64,000 bases of DNA, taken from an uncultured Chitinophagaceae bacterium (GTDB taxonomy: Bacteria; Bacteroidota; Bacteroidia; Chitinophagales; Chitinophagaceae). The stretch covers positions 157,494 to 221,493 of the forward strand of contig CAWEQR010000007.1 in assembly GCA_963811275.1 (NCBI GenBank), written 5' to 3'. The notes beneath the pieces are model-generated. The model searched no databases. It was not told where the DNA came from and worked only from the letters and a program-made list of their open reading frames with translations. Within the stretch, counting starts at the first letter, position 1. Every line of letters begins with the position of its first letter. The position numbers and the translations under genes were made by a program. Positions 57,079 to 64,000 of the stretch are shown here, in pieces.

Positions 57079-58188
57079 ATGAAAAAGAAACTTTGCGGAT
57101 TTTTATTAACCCCGGCATTTGTAATACTCTTCACAATTTCTTTATCGGCCCAGGTGAAGCTGGACAGTCTGCTCCCGGTGCGCGGTTTCTGTATAGATGC
57201 ACCGGGACCGGCCGGGCTGGATTCTTTTGTTCAGTTCATTGACAAAGAACTGGCCCCGCGCAGCGTAAATACCCTGATCGTTCAGATAGATTACCGTTAT
57301 CAATTCAAATCCCATCCGGAACTTACCGATAGTTTCGCGCTCTCAAAGGGGGATGTCAGAAAAATTGTCGCTGTTTGTAAAAAGAACCATATCCGGGTTA
57401 TTCCGCAGATCAACCTGCTGGGTCATCAGTCCTGGGCAAACCGGACCGGCAAACTTTTACGGGTTTACCCGCAGTTCGATGAAACGCCTGATATAAAAAT
57501 GCCTGAGAAATATACCTGGCCCAATCCCGAAAACCTGTATTGCAAGAGCTATTGTCCTTTGCATCCGGATCTGCACAGGATACTATTTGAGGTGATTGAC
57601 GAACTATGTGATGTTTTTGAAAGTGATGCCTTTCATGCCGGGATGGATGAAGTGTTTTATATCGGGGATGATCATTGCCCGCGTTGCGGCGGAAGGGATA
57701 AAGCGGAATTGTTTGCGGGTGAAGTGCGCGCCATCCATGATCACCTGTTTCAGAAAGGAAGGGAGATGTGGATCTGGGGCGACCGCCTGCTGGATGGCAA
57801 AACAACCGGCCTGGGCGAATGGGAAGCCAGTTTCAACAATACCTATCGCGCCATTGACATGATTCCGAAAGACGTGGTGATATGCGACTGGCATTACGAC
57901 CGGGCCGACAAAACCGCCATCTATTTTGCCATGAAAGGTTTCCGGGTGGTAACCTGTCCCTGGAAGCAGCCCTCAACAGCTGTTACGCAGATAAATGACA
58001 TCCTGTCCTTCAGGCAGTCATCAACTCCTGAAATGAGTGAACGGTTTCTGGGTATCATGGAAACCACCTGGATGCGTACGAGCTTTTTTCTGAATAGTTA
58101 TTATACAGATCAGCCGGCTGTCTCCAATGAAAATACGCCCTGGAATTGTTTCAGGGTGATGTATGCTGCGATGGATAAACTTCGATAA
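57079..58188 (+). CDS. GH20-like glycoside hydrolase
   Basis: PQINLLGH, FHAGMDEV, WGD, DWHY. Confidence 0.85.
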   Translation: MKKKLCGFLLTPAFVILFTISLSAQVKLDSLLPVRGFCIDAPGPAGLDSFVQFIDKELAPRSVNTLIVQIDYRYQFKSHPELTDSFALSKGDVRKIVAVCKKNHIRVIPQINLLGHQSWANRTGKLLRVYPQFDETPDIKMPEKYTWPNPENLYCKSYCPLHPDLHRILFEVIDELCDVFESDAFHAGMDEVFYIGDDHCPRCGGRDKAELFAGEVRAIHDHLFQKGREMWIWGDRLLDGKTTGLGEWEASFNNTYRAIDMIPKDVVICDWHYDRADKTAIYFAMKGFRVVTCPWKQPSTAVTQINDILSFRQSSTPEMSERFLGIMETTWMRTSFFLNSYYTDQPAVSNENTPWNCFRVMYAAMDKLR

Positions 58189-58537
58189 TGACCGCAGGTA
58201 AAACAGGTCAGTCTCACAGGTACTTCGGCCACCACCTGCGGAACCGGACTAAGTTGCTTTTTCTTTGTTTTACATAAACCATAGGGCCCGTTAACCCAGT
58301 AAAACGATCCGGTTTAAAAAGGGCTGATCCACTTCACCAGGTGACGAAAATCAGGTAAATACCTGATCAATATTACATATTTAGTCTGCTACAAGGGTTT
58401 ACCTTGAAAACTTTATAAAGAGGGTCCCGAGTTCTATAGGTACTCAATAGAAATCCTGGGTATTTTTTTTACGCTGAGGCAGTTGTGAATATAATGTCCT
58501 TCATCAGAAAGTATTTACACAATTAAACATACATACT

Positions 58538-59131
58538 ATGAGAAAAAAAATCCAGATTTCATCGCTGCAGGCCGTCAAAACGGTCGCGGCCGCTGCACTG
58601 ATCAGCCTGTTGAGCATAACAAACGGACAGGCGCAGGATACCAAGGGACAGGCTGTGGTTTCTTCCGTCACTGTGACAGCGACCGTGATGAAGGTCAACC
58701 AGAAAACACGCGAGGTCACGATTAAAACAGAAGATGGCCGGGAGCACAGCTTCATCGCCGGCGAGGACGTTAAGAACCTGCCGCAGGTAAAGAAGGGCGA
58801 CCTGATCACAGTAAAATATACGGAAGCCCTGGCCTACCAGATCAGGGAACATGGTGCAGCTTCCGGTGTGGAAACCACCCAGTCCGCTACGGCGGCCGAA
58901 CCGGGTGCAAAGCCTGCAGCTACTATGGCACAACAGACTACGGTTACAGTTACGGTAACTGCCATTGACCCCAAAGTGCCGACTGTCACTTTCAGGGGAC
59001 CCAAAGGCAATACGAAGACGATCAAAGTGAAAGACCCGGATAAACTCAAGGGTGTGAAAATCGGGGACATGGTGGATATTACCTATACCGAGGCGATCGC
59101 TGTCCGTGTGGATGAAGCACCAAAGAAGTAA
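58538..59131 (+). CDS. Exported hypothetical protein with two tandem OB-fold-like repeats
   Basis: Signal peptide; TATV..V....R.VT...G...L..VK.GD...V.YTEA twice. Confidence 0.75.
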   Translation: MRKKIQISSLQAVKTVAAAALISLLSITNGQAQDTKGQAVVSSVTVTATVMKVNQKTREVTIKTEDGREHSFIAGEDVKNLPQVKKGDLITVKYTEALAYQIREHGAASGVETTQSATAAEPGAKPAATMAQQTTVTVTVTAIDPKVPTVTFRGPKGNTKTIKVKDPDKLKGVKIGDMVDITYTEAIAVRVDEAPKK

Positions 59132-59231
59132 CTTCACCGGTTCTCTGCAGATAATAAATGAAAATTGAATAAATGTAGCCGGATGCATCGGGTGGCAATT
59201 GTTTTAAATAATTATTAAGAACTATTGAATT

Positions 59232-59717
59232 ATGAATAATAAAATGGCAACAGGCCTGATATCGGGATGTATTATTTTCCTGGTAATTGCCTGCGGTACT
59301 AAGAAAGAAGAAGCCGCAGCACCGGTGATTGACAAAGAACAGATAAAAAATGAAATTCAGGCCAGGGAAAATGAATTTGCTGCGGTTTACAATGCCGGGG
59401 AAATGAAAAACATAGGCTATTATGCAGAGGATGCGATATCCTTTTTTCAGAACAGAGCACCCCTGGCGGGCAAACAGGCAATAATAGATTTTTTAAAAAA
59501 CGATCTCATTTCAAATAACGACAGGATTTCATTTAAAACGAACGAAGTCTTTGTAACAGGTGATGGAAAGCAGGTTCTGGAAATCGGCTATTTTAAAGTG
59601 GTGGACTCTGTTAATGTTCCCCTGAATACCGGAAATTATATGAGCCTGTTCGAAAAAAGAGATGGTAAATATGTTTGCCTGCGGGATATGAGCGTTTCTG
59701 ATATGCCGGCTAAATAA
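59232..59717 (+). CDS. NTF2-like (DUF4440/YybH) lipoprotein
   Basis: Lipobox IAC; YAEDA, G.Y...FEKRDGK. Confidence 0.8.
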   Translation: MNNKMATGLISGCIIFLVIACGTKKEEAAAPVIDKEQIKNEIQARENEFAAVYNAGEMKNIGYYAEDAISFFQNRAPLAGKQAIIDFLKNDLISNNDRISFKTNEVFVTGDGKQVLEIGYFKVVDSVNVPLNTGNYMSLFEKRDGKYVCLRDMSVSDMPAK

Positions 59718-59744
59718 AATAGTTCAGGAATTAATTTTTTTATC

Positions 59745-59779
59745 AGCGGCTGGACGAAAAGTATTTTCGGACAGCCGCT
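59745..59779. terminator. Terminator hairpin between convergent genes
   Basis: AGCGGCTG..CGAAAA / TTTTCG..CAGCCGCT followed by a T-run. Confidence 0.65.
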
Positions 59780-59813
59780 TTTGTTTGCGGGAATATTAAT
59801 ATTTCCTGGTGAA

Positions 59814-60863
59814 TTAACGTCTTCTGCCTCCCCCACCACCTCTGCCCCCGCCACCGCTGAAACCCCCGCCTCCACTTCTGTTATAACTTCCGCTTCCGCT
59901 ACTCGTGGAACGGCCCGATCCGGATGAACCGGATCTGGAATAGTCGGATGTGGTGGGTCTTGTGGAAGCAGAAGACCCGCCCGACGGCCGGGTGGATGGC
60001 TTGGCAGCGGGTCTGGTGGAAGCAGAAGCCCCGGTTGATGGACGATTGGCTCCCCCCCGGTTACCATAGCTGCCATTGGCGTTATTATGCTGCACCTGGT
60101 TGGAAGTGTTCCTGGTATTGTTGTAATGATTTATCTGATTCCGGTTATTTATAATTACGGTATTACCTCCACCATAATGTCCACCATAATAGCCTCCATG
60201 GTAATAATAATTATTATGACGATAAATGCCTACCGCCATGACGGTAAAAGCAGCAAAATAAGGCGGATAGTATCCGTAATAATAAGGCGGATAATAGGGT
60301 ACATAGGCAGGGGAATACACATATTGTACGACCGGTGCTGATTGAACCACTACCGTTGTCGTGGTTGCCGGAACATCCTTGGTAACGGGTTCCGGTCCCG
60401 TATACGCGGGATTTGCAGTAACGGAAGGAGTCGGGCTTGTTTTTGGTTCAATCACATAATCTTTACCGTATAAATCTACATCGCCGACGATCTGTACGGT
60501 GACTTTCTTGTTTTTATCCCGGTTTACCAATATGACCGCAACATCCTGTGTTTCCGTTTTACTGACGGCATCCTGAAGTATAAATGTATAGGCATCACCG
60601 TCTTTCTTGGTAACCACTTTGATAAAATCAACTTTTTTATCCAGATCCAGATCCAGGTTATTGATTCCTGTTTTTTGTTCATTCAGCGATTTTTCAAAGT
60701 CTTCAATGGTTTTTGACTTGAGAAAAAGGTCCAGTACGGCATAAAGATCCAGGTTGTCTCCCGCCAGTCCCAGGGAGGCGGTATCTTTTCCTGCCTGGGA
60801 AAAAACAGGCAGACTGAACAGGCTCATCGCGACAACTAAACAGGGTAAAAAACATCTTTTCAT
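59814..60863 (-). CDS. Exported hypothetical protein with Tyr/Pro-rich and Gly/Ser/Arg-rich tail
   Basis: LDL.AV, INNLDL..D..VD.I.V, QDVA.I, Q.VGD..LYG motifs. Confidence 0.75.
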   Translation of the reverse strand: MKRCFLPCLVVAMSLFSLPVFSQAGKDTASLGLAGDNLDLYAVLDLFLKSKTIEDFEKSLNEQKTGINNLDLDLDKKVDFIKVVTKKDGDAYTFILQDAVSKTETQDVAVILVNRDKNKKVTVQIVGDVDLYGKDYVIEPKTSPTPSVTANPAYTGPEPVTKDVPATTTTVVVQSAPVVQYVYSPAYVPYYPPYYYGYYPPYFAAFTVMAVGIYRHNNYYYHGGYYGGHYGGGNTVIINNRNQINHYNNTRNTSNQVQHNNANGSYGNRGGANRPSTGASASTRPAAKPSTRPSGGSSASTRPTTSDYSRSGSSGSGRSTSSGSGSYNRSGGGGFSGGGGRGGGGGRRR

Positions 60864-61457
60864 AATAAGGTTTATTTTTAAATGGACTTCGTATGAGTTT
60901 TTAGAGGATTATTGATTTTCGTGGCCCCGGTCCGGCAAATGCGGCGAATCCGCAACTGCACTCACCAGCGAAACCGTGCCGTGAAATACTGTTGCTAATT
61001 TTCTGAAACCATTCATGCCTGATATTTTATGGTAAGGCCGACAGGAACTGATTGTAATTCGTCCGGCCTGCAACAGGTTCCTGAATAATCTAAAAATGAC
61101 CGGGACCTGAACATTATCCGGCGATCTTCCATCCCGGTTGTTTGATTATCATATTTAACTTTGGACACCTGTCTGTTCTATCCTGTTTCCGAAAGTGATA
61201 TATACTCATTTTGTTAAAGCTAAACTCATCTGCAGGACAGGCGAATGATATTGATCAATGGCTAAAATGATTATGATCATATACCCCTTTTCCGCATGGC
61301 CGGCAAAATAAAGAGGCCCGGCAAAGGACCCAATCGGTGGAAATACGAAGATGAAGGCTGCACCGGGCACCCGTGAAGTTCCGGGATCGGACTTCACTCA
61401 TACAGGATGATCCTCCTGTAACTTTGCACAACTTTCCCTATGATAAAGAAACGATTA

Positions 61458-62840
61458 ATGAAGTCCAAAAGAATCATTCTCCGCTTAGTATGGATCCTGC
61501 TGATCGCCGCCACCGGGGCTTTGATCCGGTATGGCTGGGTCTCTTTTCCGATCCTGTCCGGTTTTGGATCCAAAGTCATGTGTTCTGCCGTGTTTGACGC
61601 GGGAAGAAATGAAAATCAGGTACGCGACCAGGACTTAAGCGCCTATATGATGAAACTGGGTAATTTTAAGGTGGATTATGCCGACTCATCCGTTACGGGT
61701 TCGGTATTTGGAATGGCAAAACGCAAAGCCATTTTCCGGAGTGGTCTGGGAGCCACGCTGGTCAGTGAGCTCAGTGAACAGGATATCAGGTCGCAGTATA
61801 TCAACCTGGCACCAAAACCGGCTGTTCTTACAGATACCATTCCATGGCCCCTTGGAGATAAACTGACCGCTGCTTTTCCCGCCGCCATAGACAGTGCAAG
61901 ACTGCAGGCAGCTATTCAGAATATATTCGTGGAAAAAGATACCCTGTTGCCGGTCCGCACCCGGGCGGTGGTTGTATTATACAACGGACAACTGATCGCT
62001 GAACACTACGCAGCGGGCTTTACAGCCAGAACAAAACTGGCAGGCTGGTCTATGACGAAAACGGTTACCGGTGCGCTGATCGGGATACTGGTGAAACAGG
62101 GAAAGTTATCAGTTAACATGCCGGCGCCGGTACCGGAATGGCGTAATACAAATGACCCGAGGCATTCCATAACGATCACCAACCTGCTTCAGCAACGCAG
62201 CGGACTGGATTTCGAAGAGGTCTATTCCAAATCAAGTGATGCTACGCGGATGTTATTCCGCAGAGCGGATATGGGTGCTTATACGGCATCACGTCCTTTG
62301 AAAAACCTGCCCGGCTCAGTATTTTATTATTCGAGCGGCAACAGCAATATTTTATCCCGCATCATCCGGCAAACGCTCGGCGACTCCCTGTATTACAGTT
62401 TCCCATACAGGCAATTGTTTTACAAACTGGGAATGTACAGTGCCGTGCTGGAACCGGATGCATCCGGCACCTTTGTAGGATCATCCTATCTATATGCCAC
62501 GGCCCGCGATTGGGCGAGGTTCGGATTGTTTTACATGCAGGATGGCGTGTTCAATAAAGAAAGAATCTTACCTGAAGGCTGGGTTGCACAAAGTACAAAA
62601 CCCGTATTTCCTGACAGGAGGGGTTATGGTTACCAGTTATGGCTGAATACGGGCAGCGATACTTTAATAAAGCATTATCCGGCGGCGCCTGCAGATATGT
62701 TTTATGCCGATGGATTTGAAAGCCAGCTTATTTTCGTTATTCCGTCAAAAAATCTGGTGGTAGTCCGGCTCGGGCTCACCCAACACAATAATTTTGACGG
62801 AAACAAATTTTTGCATGATGTACTGGCATCATTTAAATGA
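61458..62840 (+). CDS. Serine hydrolase (beta-lactamase/AmpC-like family)
   Basis: WSMTK (SxxK), YSSGNS, ARDWARFG. Confidence 0.9.
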   Translation: MKSKRIILRLVWILLIAATGALIRYGWVSFPILSGFGSKVMCSAVFDAGRNENQVRDQDLSAYMMKLGNFKVDYADSSVTGSVFGMAKRKAIFRSGLGATLVSELSEQDIRSQYINLAPKPAVLTDTIPWPLGDKLTAAFPAAIDSARLQAAIQNIFVEKDTLLPVRTRAVVVLYNGQLIAEHYAAGFTARTKLAGWSMTKTVTGALIGILVKQGKLSVNMPAPVPEWRNTNDPRHSITITNLLQQRSGLDFEEVYSKSSDATRMLFRRADMGAYTASRPLKNLPGSVFYYSSGNSNILSRIIRQTLGDSLYYSFPYRQLFYKLGMYSAVLEPDASGTFVGSSYLYATARDWARFGLFYMQDGVFNKERILPEGWVAQSTKPVFPDRRGYGYQLWLNTGSDTLIKHYPAAPADMFYADGFESQLIFVIPSKNLVVVRLGLTQHNNFDGNKFLHDVLASFK

Positions 62841-63083
62841 AATGATGCATCAGTTTACCTTTTACCACAAACCCGCTGTAGCCGGCCTGCATTACTTTTT
62901 GGTTTATAATGGTTCGCGACCAGGATCCGGCACCGGTGAGTATATTCTTAGGAACCGGCTAATTAAAATTCTACTCTTCTTTGTTTATTAAGGCTGGAGA
63001 TCTCCATCAGCTCAAAAAATCATTCCGGGCTGTAACTTTTTGGCGGCAATTTACAACAGGAATATACAATAGATCCTGGTAAG

Positions 63084-63145
63084 AAAATAAAAGGGCCGGA
63101 TAGAAATCCGGCCCGTGTAAAATCCAATATCCTATGAAAATCCGG
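63084..63145 (-). ncRNA. Candidate short sRNA ending in an intrinsic terminator
   Basis: Perfect 9-bp stem GGGCCGGAT/ATCCGGCCC (63093-63114) plus a minus-strand T-run, with no minus-strand gene upstream. Confidence 0.4.
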
Positions 63146-63597
63146 TATAAAGATCGGTGCCTTGTGAGTCAGAAGTATTACATAATTGATAAATTAAGTT
63201 ACATAATTATGATTTGTGTTTCAAGGATACCTAAAAAACTACCAGCCTGTTAATGTCTGGAGTTTTCAGACAACCGGGAATTGATGACTGTTAAAATAAA
63301 TGGCGGAGGTCATCGTAACCCGTGATTTACGCCGTATATATTGCTCTTGCCATCAGCAAACGGAATAATTCCAGGTATATACCGGCCCGCCGTTCCACCA
63401 CCATAAATTCCCCGGGCTTTTTGGCTGCACAAGATTACAGGGTTGAATCATATCAAATGGTCTGTTGTATTTAAAACAAAAACCATTTTCGGTCTCCAAA
63501 AGTGTGAATGATATAAATAATTGACAGATTTGTATAAAACTTACCTTTTAAAGGGTGCCTATCTTTAACGTTAACTTATTGAAAACGAAAAGGTTAT

Positions 63598-64000
63598 TTG
63601 AAGATATACATCAAATACATGGTAAGCACCCGTTGTAAAATGGCGGTGAAAGAGGAGTTGAAAAAACTTGGACTTCATTTCATCGTTGTTGAACTGGGTG
63701 AAGTTGACATCATGGAGGACATTTCATCCGATCAGCGTGAGCATATCAAAATGGCTTTGCTCAACCTGGGATTTGAATTAATGGACGACAGGAAATCTGT
63801 ATTAATCGAAAAAATAAAACATATAATTATTGAAATGGTTCACAATATGGATGAGCCAATCAAAATAAAATTTTCTAATTATTTAAGTGAAAAATTACAT
63901 CACGATTATACTTACATGGCGAATTTATTTTCTGAAATACAAGGTACAACTATCGGACAATTCATAATCTCTCATAAAATTGAGCGAATAAAAGAATTGA
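63598..64000 (+). CDS. AraC-family regulator (Bacteroidota type), runs off the window
   Basis: (M)KIYIKYMVSTRCKMAV...LGEV...LGFELMDDRKSVLIEKIK...DYTYMANLFSE..GTTI. Confidence 0.88.
   Translation, partial: MKIYIKYMVSTRCKMAVKEELKKLGLHFIVVELGEVDIMEDISSDQREHIKMALLNLGFELMDDRKSVLIEKIKHIIIEMVHNMDEPIKIKFSNYLSEKLHHDYTYMANLFSEIQGTTIGQFIISHKIERIKEL

Noticed and set aside
58559-59188. Long antisense ORFs (for example 58559-59188, 20157-20726, 37615-38307, 32991-33530)
   Set aside because: Shadow frames of well-supported genes, with no motifs of their own
61458-62840. Antibiotic-resistance beta-lactamase
   Set aside because: SxxK serine hydrolases with this N-terminal extension are a broad esterase/amidase family; resistance cannot be inferred

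Overview
Bacteroidota chromosome segment, probably Chitinophagaceae-like (inferred from a T9SS-tail protein, TAnnTTTG promoters, lipoproteins and gene content). It opens with the last 21 codons of mnmE/trmE. The 18-bp 3' end of mnmE is repeated exactly at 8052-8069, bracketing an ~8 kb AT-rich island with no integrase. The island carries an NrtR-family regulator with two GT-N7-AC operators, GH3, GH2, an esterase flanked by cassette-like repeats, and a truncated HNH-like gene. The sequence following the mnmE end is partly repeated after the second att copy and again near 14.9 kb, which suggests an eroded tandem stack of related mnmE-targeting elements. From about 8 to 35 kb the DNA is an accessory mosaic: a LytTR/unknown-protein module with a structured 5' leader, an aqpZ pseudogene, carbonic anhydrase, beta-alanine-type catabolic genes, a Mo-hydroxylase large subunit whose 2Fe-2S partner is internally deleted, an AbiE toxin-antitoxin pair with operators, an excisionase-like HTH, and a dead IS3 joining two truncated toxin/immunity-like loci back to back, one a clear Rhs. 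From 35 to 64 kb the genes are ordinary metabolic and envelope genes (katG, SQR-like, GH89, GH13, ABC transporter, GMC, GH20, serine hydrolase, AraC). Many genes are broken by single-base indels, most likely long-read assembly errors. I found no rRNA, tRNA, CRISPR array, integrase or reverse transcriptase. All calls come from reading the sequence; no searches were run.
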